A stretch of DNA of 64,000 nucleotides. It comes from Alphaproteobacteria bacterium (GTDB taxonomy: Bacteria > Pseudomonadota > Alphaproteobacteria > GCA-2731375). Of the stretch, positions 54,210 through 64,000 are shown one piece after another. The stretch lies in assembly GCA_965232515.1 (NCBI GenBank), contig CBDDPY010000002.1, positions 672,001-736,000 on the forward strand. Direction: 5' to 3'. Numbering within the stretch: the stretch's first letter is position 1; every line of letters begins with the position of its first letter. Made by a program: the position numbers and the translations under genes. The notes beneath the pieces were generated by a model. It made no database searches. It was not told the DNA's origin and saw only the letters and a list, made by a program, of their open reading frames with translations.

Positions 54210-55427
54210 TTATTTCCGTTTCGACCAGGGCGACAGGTACCAGGCGAGCGCCAGGGACTGGGTCGTGATCGTGGTCCAGAAGGCGGCCATGTAGGCGGCG
54301 GCCGGGTAGGCGCCGCCGGCGTCGGGCGGCCAGAGGTCGATGATGGCGCCGAGGCCGGCCTGATAGCTGAAGGCGGCCGAGAACACCATGACGTTCGCCG
54401 CCGTGTTGGCGCGGCCGATATGGGTTTCCGGGAAATGCTGGGCCAGCGCCGCGAACACCAGCGACGTCAGCGTCGAGAGGAAGCCGTAGGCGCACCAGAG
54501 CAGGTAGGTCCGATCGGTGATTTGCAGCACGATGGCGACCTGCGAGAGCACGAACAGCGCGGCGCCGAGGCCGATGGTGCCGCTCAAGGACAGGCCGAGG
54601 CGCTGCATGAGGCCGGCGACGGCGCCGGAGGACGCCATGCCGATGGTCAGCGCCACGGCCATGAACAGCAGGTGGCGGGCGACCTCGCCGCTGTCGTAGC
54701 CGCTGACGTCGGCCAACCATGGCCCGGCCCAGAGGCCTTGCACGGCCATGTTCGACGACGAGCAGGTGAACATCAGCGGCACGATGCGCCAGAAAAACCG
54801 GTCGCGGTAGATCGCGCCGAGCGCCCGCATCTGGACGCGGAAGGTGCCGCCGGACGCGGTGCCTGGCTTCTCCGGCACGGCCACGAAGATCAGGCAGGCC
54901 ATCACGAAGGTACAGGCGCCGAGGCCGAGGAACAGCGTCCGCCAGTCAATGATCCCCAGCAGGAATTCGACCGGCACCGTCGAGCCGATGGCGCCGAGGC
55001 CGCCGCTGGCGAGATACCAACCGTTGACGAGCGCGATGCGGTTGCGCGGGAACCAGAGCACGATGGCCTTCAGCGCCGCCATCAGACCGCCCGAGACGCC
55101 GGCGCCGATCAGCGCCCGGCCGAGCGTCAGCGTGGCGGCGCTGTCGCCGAGCGCGAACGTGACGGCGCCGAGCGCCGCGACCGAATAGAGCGTCGCCTGC
55201 ACGCGCCGCGGCCCGAACCGGTCGAGCAGCATGCCGAGCGGGATCTGCGAGGCCGCGAAGGTCAGGAAATAGGCTGAAGTGAGAAAGCCCAGCTCGGCCG
55301 CGCCGAGGCCGATATCGGCCCGCAGATGCGGCGCGACGACGGCATTGATGGTTCGGAACAGGTAGGAAAAGAAATAGCCGCAGGCGAACGGCAGGAACAC
55401 GACCAACATGGCGCGCGCGAACGTCAT
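54210..55427 (-). CDS. MFS transporter
   Basis: About 12 hydrophobic segments; motif A GMLLDRFGPRR. Confidence 0.93.
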   Translation of the reverse strand: MTFARAMLVVFLPFACGYFFSYLFRTINAVVAPHLRADIGLGAAELGFLTSAYFLTFAASQIPLGMLLDRFGPRRVQATLYSVAALGAVTFALGDSAATLTLGRALIGAGVSGGLMAALKAIVLWFPRNRIALVNGWYLASGGLGAIGSTVPVEFLLGIIDWRTLFLGLGACTFVMACLIFVAVPEKPGTASGGTFRVQMRALGAIYRDRFFWRIVPLMFTCSSSNMAVQGLWAGPWLADVSGYDSGEVARHLLFMAVALTIGMASSGAVAGLMQRLGLSLSGTIGLGAALFVLSQVAIVLQITDRTYLLWCAYGFLSTLTSLVFAALAQHFPETHIGRANTAANVMVFSAAFSYQAGLGAIIDLWPPDAGGAYPAAAYMAAFWTTITTQSLALAWYLSPWSKRK

Positions 55428-55432
55428 CGGGA

Positions 55433-56488
55433 TCAGGCGGCCTCGGAACGTCGCGGCGCGAAAACCTCGACCGGCGCCTGGCGTCCGCGTAGCTCGATGC
55501 TGCCGAGGCTCTGCGCGTCGATGTCGGCGGGTAGATGCAGCCGGTGGCGCAGGTCGGCGGACATCAGGACCGGCTGGCCGAGGTCGCGGCAGGCTTCTTC
55601 CAGGCGCGCCGTGGTGTTGACGGTATCGCCGAGCACGACGATCTCCTGCTTCTGATCGCCCATTTCGCCGACGACGACCAGGCCGCAGTGAAGCGCGGCG
55701 CGAAACTCGGGCGCCACGCCATATTTGCGCAGGTAGGCGTCCTTGCGATCCGCCAGATAGTCGAGCATGTCGAAATAGCAGGTCAGGCAGCGCGCCCGCT
55801 CGACGCCGACGGCGAGCGGCCAGGTGACGATCACCTCGTCGCCGACATAGGTGTAGATCTGTCCGCGCGCGGCCTGGATCGGCTCACTCAGATCGACGAA
55901 GAAATCGTTGAGAAGAGCGTGAAACCGGACGGGCCCGATGCGCTCGGCGATCCGCGTCGAGCCGATCAGATCGACGAACAGGAAGACGCGTTCCTCCTCG
56001 CGCGGCCGGTGGTAGCGGCCGGCGACGAAGTTGGCGAGAACGTTCTGGCCCAAGAGCCGGTTGATCTCGATCAGCAGATTGACGACGAAGGCGATCAGCA
56101 GCGAAAGGACAAAGGTGATCAGGAACTCGGTGCTGCGGATATTCCAACCTTCATCGCCGTGATAGGCGGCGAAAACCTCGGACCAGACGATCAGGTTGAG
56201 CAGGACGCCGAATACGTAGTAGCTGGTCTTGGCGGCGATATGGATGCTGAACGGCGCTCGCCGCACGCTTCGGAACCAGGGATGGTCGGCCAGGATGAGA
56301 TCGTAGCCGGCGCACCAGGCGCTGATGCAGGCGCCGGTGATCGCCCCCTGGGCGATGCCGGGCCAGTGCAGCTGTTCCGCCAGCGACGAGCCGATCAACA
56401 GCCCATAGATGGCGCCGCCCACCGTCGCGCTGGCGACGATGACAAAAAACAGGCGAAGCTCGCTTTTCCGGCGGGCGCTGCGCGACAT
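55433..56488 (-). CDS. Membrane-bound class III nucleotide (adenylate/guanylate) cyclase
   Basis: Four N-terminal TM segments; FVDLIGST, YVGDE, GDTVNTTARLE, LRGR. Confidence 0.9.
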   Translation of the reverse strand: MSRSARRKSELRLFFVIVASATVGGAIYGLLIGSSLAEQLHWPGIAQGAITGACISAWCAGYDLILADHPWFRSVRRAPFSIHIAAKTSYYVFGVLLNLIVWSEVFAAYHGDEGWNIRSTEFLITFVLSLLIAFVVNLLIEINRLLGQNVLANFVAGRYHRPREEERVFLFVDLIGSTRIAERIGPVRFHALLNDFFVDLSEPIQAARGQIYTYVGDEVIVTWPLAVGVERARCLTCYFDMLDYLADRKDAYLRKYGVAPEFRAALHCGLVVVGEMGDQKQEIVVLGDTVNTTARLEEACRDLGQPVLMSADLRHRLHLPADIDAQSLGSIELRGRQAPVEVFAPRRSEAA

Positions 56489-56565
56489 GTGGAACCGTTG
56501 TGGCAGGGCGTTGACCTGGGGCGCGCTATACTATGCGCCAGAGCAGTATTGAGAAAGGCGTGACA

Positions 56566-57486
56566 GTGGCAGTGACCGGCGACGGATCGATCGATGTTTC
56601 AACTGACGTCCGCGCGGCGCTCGACGCGGGCCGGCCGGTCGTGGCGCTGGAATCCAGCATCGTCGCCCAGGGCTTCCCGCAACCGCAGAACCGCGAGGTC
56701 GGCCTTGGCATGCTGGCGGCCGTGCGCGACGGCGGCGCGGTGCCGGCGATGACGGCCGTGATCGACGGCCGGATCAAGCTTGGTCTGGACGAAACGGCGC
56801 TCGACCGGCTCGCATTCGAGGACAGCATCAAGTGTTCGGCACAGGACCTGGGTATGGCCATGGCAAGCGGCGTTACCGGCGCCACGACCGTGGCCGCGAC
56901 ACTGCGCATCGCCGCGACCGCCGGCGTCCGGGTCTTCGCCACCGGCGGCATCGGCGGCGTGCATCCCGGCACCGGGGCGCCTGACATCTCGGCCGACCTG
57001 CCGGAGCTGGGACGCTGCCCGGTCGCGGTGATCTGCAGCGGCGCGAAATCGGTGCTCGACCTGCCGGCCACGCTGGAGCGATTGGAGACCGAGGGCGTGC
57101 CGGTGATCGGCGTCGGCTGCGACGAGCTGCCGGCTTTCCACACGCGCAGCAGCGGCCTGGCGCTGAAGTACCGCATGGACGACATGGGCGAGCTGGCCCG
57201 CGCCGCGACCGCGCACTGGTCCCTGCCCGGCGCCGGCGCGGTTCTGGTCTGCAATCCGCCGCCGGCTGACGCCGCGTTGGACCGGGAAGAACTCGATGGC
57301 CTGGTCGCGGAAGCCCTCGCCGAAGCGGGCCGCGACGGCATCCGCGGCGATGCGGTGACGCCCTATGTATTGGCGGCGTTAAATCGCTTGTCGAACGGCC
57401 GCACGCTCAAGGTGAACCATGCGCTAGCCGTCGGCAATGCGGCGCTGGGCGCGCGCTTGGCCGTGGCGATGGCAGCGGCCGATTAG
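56566..57486 (+). CDS. psuG: Pseudouridine-5'-phosphate glycosidase
   Basis: PVVALESSIVAQG, GATTVAAT, FATGGIGGVH, DISADL, GAKSVLDL, VTPYVL; start estimated at GTG 56566. Confidence 0.92.
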   Translation: MAVTGDGSIDVSTDVRAALDAGRPVVALESSIVAQGFPQPQNREVGLGMLAAVRDGGAVPAMTAVIDGRIKLGLDETALDRLAFEDSIKCSAQDLGMAMASGVTGATTVAATLRIAATAGVRVFATGGIGGVHPGTGAPDISADLPELGRCPVAVICSGAKSVLDLPATLERLETEGVPVIGVGCDELPAFHTRSSGLALKYRMDDMGELARAATAHWSLPGAGAVLVCNPPPADAALDREELDGLVAEALAEAGRDGIRGDAVTPYVLAALNRLSNGRTLKVNHALAVGNAALGARLAVAMAAAD

Positions 57487-58778
57487 CCTTTCGAGACAGG
57501 ATCGGTGGAAGCGAGAGCGGCCGGCGGCACCGGCACACAGCCGATCCGCTTGCGCTCCAGCGCCGCGCAGGCATTCCGGGCTTCGTCTTCGTCGTAGCCG
57601 ATAAGCCGGGCGCGATAGAGGCGGGCGTCGCCGTCCTGGAACGGTTCGATCGAGACGGCGCTGTGGGTCAGGTCGTCGGGCAGGACGCCAGCTGCTCTCA
57701 GGACACGTTTTTGCGCCGACTCGTATTGCTTGAAGGCGCCGACCTGGACGGACCATTGATTGTCGACATTGGCCGGCGCAAATCGGAACGAGGTCTTGCT
57801 GCCCTGCTCGACCGGCAGTTCGGGCGCCGCCTCGTCGCCGCTCGCGGTCTCGATCGCAGCGACCACGTTGCCGTCGCCCGGCTGCGGCCGAAACGGTGGA
57901 GCCGGCACCTTCATCAGCGCGGCGATGGCCTGCTCGCGCTCGATCTTGCGGAAGGCCTTGTCGAGCAGGCCGCGCATATGCCGATCGCGGCTCGTTGCCG
58001 TGCGGCCGCCGATCACGACGCCGATCACGCGGTTGCCGTTGCGCTCGACCGACGAGACCAAGTTGAAGCCCGACGCGCGGGTGTAGCCGGTCTTGATGCC
58101 GTCGGTGCCTTTGTAGCGGCTCAGAAGACGGTTGTGGTTGCGGAACGTACGCTTGCCGTAGCTGAACTTACGGCGCGAGAAGTAGTGGTAGTACTGCGGG
58201 TGCGCGGCCTGTATCGCCTGCGCCAGCGTCGCCATGTCGCGCGCCGTGCTGAGCTGTCGCCGGTTCGGCAGGCCCGACGCGTTGCGGAATGTTGTCCGCT
58301 TCATGCCCAGATCGCGGGCCTTGCGGGTCATCATCTGCGCGAACTGGGACTCCGTGCCGCCGAGATGCTCGGCAAGGACAGTGGCGGCGTCGTTGGCGGA
58401 CTTCGTGACCAGCGCCAGAATGGCGTCCTCGACGCGGATCGTCCGTCCGGCGCGGAGCCCGAGTTTGGAGGGCGTCTGGCCTGCGGCGCGCTTGGACACC
58501 CTCAGCTTGGTGTCGAGCGTGAGCTTGCCCGACTCGAGCGCCTCGAAGGTCAGGTACAGCGTCATGATCTTGGTCAGCGAAGCCGGATAGACGCGCCGGT
58601 CGGGATTGCTCGCGTGCAGAACGCGGCCAGTCTCGCCGTCGATCACGATCGAGGCGTAGCGGCGGGCGTCCGCATTGTCGGAGAACGTCAAGCTGGCCAG
58701 GAAAAGGACCAGCGACAGGGCCGCCAATCTCAGCGCCCGACAGGCCGACGGCGCGAAGCTTCGATGGTGATCGATCAA
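57483..58778 (-). CDS. D-alanyl-D-alanine carboxypeptidase (peptidase S11) with C-terminal SPOR-like domain
   Basis: PASLTK (SxxK), SAN (SxN), GIKTGY (KTG), WSVQVGAF..LYRARL; start estimated at TTG 58778. Confidence 0.93.
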   Translation of the reverse strand: MIDHHRSFAPSACRALRLAALSLVLFLASLTFSDNADARRYASIVIDGETGRVLHASNPDRRVYPASLTKIMTLYLTFEALESGKLTLDTKLRVSKRAAGQTPSKLGLRAGRTIRVEDAILALVTKSANDAATVLAEHLGGTESQFAQMMTRKARDLGMKRTTFRNASGLPNRRQLSTARDMATLAQAIQAAHPQYYHYFSRRKFSYGKRTFRNHNRLLSRYKGTDGIKTGYTRASGFNLVSSVERNGNRVIGVVIGGRTATSRDRHMRGLLDKAFRKIEREQAIAALMKVPAPPFRPQPGDGNVVAAIETASGDEAAPELPVEQGSKTSFRFAPANVDNQWSVQVGAFKQYESAQKRVLRAAGVLPDDLTHSAVSIEPFQDGDARLYRARLIGYDEDEARNACAALERKRIGCVPVPPAALASTDPVSKG

Positions 58779-59044
58779 GACTACCTCACGCCCGATACCA
58801 ACATCATCGGCCTGATACACACGCGGAACGAAATCTTACGATTCGAACCAAAGTGTAGAAAGACGACATATAAGCCTACAAGTCAAATGTCGTCTTCAGG
58901 CCCAACGTTGACTTACGCACCGACACCATCGGACGACACCAACTTCAGCCCGACGCCGAGCAATGCCTCACAGGTCTCGGATGCTCTCAAACCGTGGTTA
59001 ATATTGCCTTGAAACCAACCGTTTACCCTGCCAGTTAAAATGCA

Positions 59045-59746
59045 ATGCTTCGGAACCTCCTGTCACTTCTTTTGTTCGTGAGCGTGGCGTCCGGCTGCGC
59101 CAGCCGTGGGGCCGTCGACGATCCAGTCGTTCGCAGCTTTACCTGGTATTCCTACGTCGGCGGCGAGGACATCAAGGCCGTCTGCGCGCCGGGCGCCAGC
59201 GACCGTTATCGCTTCGTCTACAACGGCGTCTGGGACGAGCAGGTCCGGACCTACGACGTCGCCGGCAGCGCCACGGGGCAGGGGGCCGTCGCCAAGGCGC
59301 GTGTATTTGGCGAGTTCGACTTAAGAAATTTCGCGCTAACGAGCCCGCAATCGGTCTGGCAAGGCGCCAGTTCGCGAGCCAGCCTGACCGAAGACGCCTT
59401 CGACACGCTGCGCCGGATCGTCGCCGAGAGCCCATTCGAGGGACCGACGCCCGACGGCAAGTTCCTGCGCTCGGACGAGTTCTACTGGGCGGTCAGCGCC
59501 TGCCGCGGCGGCCGGTTCCATTTCAATGCCTGGACCGGCGATATGGCCGAATTCGACGAACTGCCGTTCTTCGACCTGCTGCTGCCGCTGGACGGCACCA
59601 ACGTCGCCGTCAACCCGCCCCGACGGCTGTACCTGGGCCCGTTCCAGAACACGCCCCAGCGGTTTCGCACGGCCGGCAGCGCGACCCAGTACTTCCAGCT
59701 GCAGGTCGGCGAGAACGGCCTCCGCCTCGGTCCGACGCTCTTCTGA
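59045..59746 (+). CDS. Hypothetical lipoprotein
   Basis: MLRNLLSLLLFVSVASG-C lipobox; GC-rich coding bias. Confidence 0.75.
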   Translation: MLRNLLSLLLFVSVASGCASRGAVDDPVVRSFTWYSYVGGEDIKAVCAPGASDRYRFVYNGVWDEQVRTYDVAGSATGQGAVAKARVFGEFDLRNFALTSPQSVWQGASSRASLTEDAFDTLRRIVAESPFEGPTPDGKFLRSDEFYWAVSACRGGRFHFNAWTGDMAEFDELPFFDLLLPLDGTNVAVNPPRRLYLGPFQNTPQRFRTAGSATQYFQLQVGENGLRLGPTLF

Positions 59747-59779
59747 TGTACGGTTAACGGCCCAAACGGGCCCACCGAA

Positions 59780-59871
59780 ATGCATCGCAGCATTTTTTGT
59801 TGCGGCGCACAAAATAGTCCTTGACACCCGACCGCTACTGCCTATTTTTACGTCATGTTGCACTGCAACAT
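59780..59871 (+). promoter_or_regulatory. Phasin promoter with three PhaR-type TGC-N3-GCA operators
   Basis: TGCATCGCA (59781), TGCGGCGCA (59801), ATGTTGCACTGCAACAT (59855-59871); TTGACA at 59821 and TATTTT at 59843. Confidence 0.75.
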
Positions 59872-59941
59872 CGGCAGGACAGCGTATTCGTCGTGCAGGT
59901 CTCGCGTACCAAGCCAACGCATAGGGGCTCAGGATTAGGAA

Positions 59942-60448
59942 ATGACGACTAAATCGACCAAAAAGACCACTGACACGGCATCGCAGACCGTCGAGGCCGT
60001 GGTCGCGGCCGGCCAGGAAGCCACCGAGAGCTTCGTGAAAGCCGCCACCGAGAATTACGAGAAGATGTTCACGACCGCGAAAGAGAAGGTGGACGAAGCC
60101 GTGAAAGGCTACGACCAGTTCGCCGTTTTCGGGAAAGAGAACGTCGAGGCCTTCGTCGCCGCCGGCAACGTCGCCACCAAGGGCATGGAGAGCCTGACGG
60201 CCGAGTGGATGACCTACGGCAAGCAGTCGATCGAGGACAGCATCTCGGCGACCAAGGCGATGATGGGCGCCAAGACCCTGCAGGAGCTGATCGACCTGCA
60301 GACGGCGTTCACCAAGAGCTCGCTCGACTCGTTCGTTAACCAGGGCACCAAGGTGACCGAGCTGACCGCCAAGGTCGCCCAGGACACCTTTGCGCCGATC
60401 AACGGCCGCGTGAATGCCGCCGTGGACAAGGTTGTAAAAGCCGCGTAA
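59942..60448 (+). CDS. Phasin family (PHA granule-associated) protein
   Basis: Ala/Lys-rich helical protein, FGKENVEAFV..AKTLQELIDLQ..FAPINGRV; position before clpS-clpA. Confidence 0.88.
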   Translation: MTTKSTKKTTDTASQTVEAVVAAGQEATESFVKAATENYEKMFTTAKEKVDEAVKGYDQFAVFGKENVEAFVAAGNVATKGMESLTAEWMTYGKQSIEDSISATKAMMGAKTLQELIDLQTAFTKSSLDSFVNQGTKVTELTAKVAQDTFAPINGRVNAAVDKVVKAA

Positions 60449-60472
60449 CTGGCGCCGCCATAGCGCGGATTG

Positions 60473-60510
60473 AAAGGGCCCGGTACCTCCTCCCACCGGG
60501 CCCTTTTTTA
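60473..60510 (+). terminator. Terminator hairpin with CCTCCTCCC (cuckoo-type) loop
   Basis: AAAGGGCCCGGT-ACCTCCTCCC-ACCGGGCCCTTT followed by TTT. Confidence 0.88.
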
Positions 60511-60689
60511 ATGGGTTTATGGTAGACTGGGTCGATGTCGCCAATCGGCGTCCGCCGGCCCGGGTTTCCGGCATTCTGGCCGCCAAAACCGGCGGGATGC
60601 GGACAATTACCCATGGCCCCTTCCAATGGGCCTCCGATGCCCGATATTATGATGTGTGATTCAGACAGGCCTGAATAACTGTACCCACC

Positions 60690-61021
60690 ATGAGCGACGA
60701 GGAGCGAAATAACGGACCGAAGACCGGTAATACTACGGGGGTTGTCACCGCAACCAAGCCGAAAACCAAAAAGCCTTCAATGTATAAGGTGCTGCTTCTT
60801 AATGACGACTACACGCCGATGGAGTTCGTCGTTCACATTCTGGAGCGGTTTTTCTTCAAAAGCCGAGAGGAAGCCACCGAGATTATGCTGCATGTGCATC
60901 GAAGGGGCATCGGTATTTGCGGCGTCTACACCTACGATATTGCCGAAACCAAGGTCACTCAGGTGATGGAGTTCTCCCGAAAGCACCAACACCCGCTGCA
61001 GTGTACGATGGAAAAAGAATA

Positions 61022-61022
<1 letters not shown>
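60690..61022 (+). CDS. clpS: ATP-dependent Clp protease adaptor ClpS
   Basis: [43 protein letters not shown]. Confidence 0.98.
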
Positions 61023-63364
<2,342 letters not shown>

Positions 63365-63448
63365 GGGCATTTGAAACCGAATTGCGGTCGCGGTTTTTCC
63401 GCAAGGGCTTCGCAACCGAAATTCCAGCCGAGGCGAATAGGCCACATA

Positions 63449-63524
63449 TTCGTCATACCGGCGGAGGCCGGTATCCACGGCTCCGGTCGTGCCAATGGAC
63501 CCTGGCCTCCGCCAGGGTGACGAA
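63449..63524. repeat. REP-like doublet (two inverted hairpin units)
   Basis: TTCGTCA-TACCGGC-GGAG-GCCGGTA-TCCA ... TGGA-CCCTGGC-CTCC-GCCAGGG-TGACGAA. Confidence 0.8.
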
Positions 63525-63576
63525 ATTACTTTAGATTCAATGCCTTATTGAAGGGGCACGGGCGGCACTGTCGGCC

Positions 63577-63999
63577 TCAACCGTCGCGGGCCTTGCGGGC
63601 CCGGTTGGCCCACTCGACCGCTTTGTTCTCGTCGACCGCAAGCCCCAATTCGCCTTCGAGGTAGGCACGGCGAAGGCGTAGCATTGCGCCGTGATGGCCG
63701 GCGTCGGCGGCACGGTTCAACCAACGCACCGCTTGGCTGGAGTCTTTCGAGACGCCGGTGCCGCGTTCGTACATGCCGGCAACCTCGTCCATGGCGATGA
63801 CGTCGCCAAGCTCGGCCAGTCGCAGGGCGTAGCGAAAAGCCGGCGCCGACCGACCCAGATGCTGGTGCATGACCACGGCCAAGGCCAATGTATTGCGGTG
63901 ATCCGGATCGAGCGCCAGCGCTCGCTCGACATGCGGCAGGGAATCCGCATAGCGGTTGATCGTGCCGAGCGCCACCGCGAGCAGGAAATGCGATTGCGC
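63577..63999 (-). CDS. TPR/Sel1-repeat protein, 5'-truncated by window edge
   Basis: ERALALDPDH TPR; AELGDVIAMDEVAGMYERGTGVSKDSSQAVRWLNRAADAGH Sel1 repeat. Confidence 0.85.
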   Translation of the reverse strand, partial: AQSHFLLAVALGTINRYADSLPHVERALALDPDHRNTLALAVVMHQHLGRSAPAFRYALRLAELGDVIAMDEVAGMYERGTGVSKDSSQAVRWLNRAADAGHHGAMLRLRRAYLEGELGLAVDENKAVEWANRARKARDG

Positions 64000-64000
64000 A

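Noticed and set aside
55433-56488. Pycsar anti-phage cyclase
   Set aside because: N-terminal TM architecture of ordinary membrane class III cyclases, host-like composition, and no cyclic-nucleotide-binding effector next to it

Overview
GC-rich alphaproteobacterial (Rhodospirillales/Kiloniellales-like) chromosome segment, mostly core and metabolic genes. In order: end of the adk-rpsM-rpsK-rpoA-rplQ operon, the degP-rarA-crcB-rluC-HAD-atp12 cluster, pccBA, a PleC/DivJ-type PAS kinase, lipB, tRNA-Leu(GAG), maeB, mgtE, a branched-chain/acyl-CoA catabolic region (ivd, mccBA, leucine dehydrogenase), a GS-like/ALDH/Fe-ADH cluster, galU-ugd-pgm, psuG, a D-Ala-D-Ala carboxypeptidase, phasin and clpSA. 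The one clearly foreign piece is 43087-46150: an AT-richer insert between CTAG tetranucleotides and IS5-type ends. It carries a decayed IS5 transposase, a 48-bp near-perfect palindrome and a tightly coupled two-gene cargo: an uncharacterised 274-aa protein with a pore-former-like amphipathic hairpin, and a pentapeptide-repeat/FGE-sulfatase (C-type-lectin fold) protein. This cargo is the best candidate for an undescribed system (sensor-effector conflict module, inference only). All family calls come from motif recognition by eye; no searches were run.
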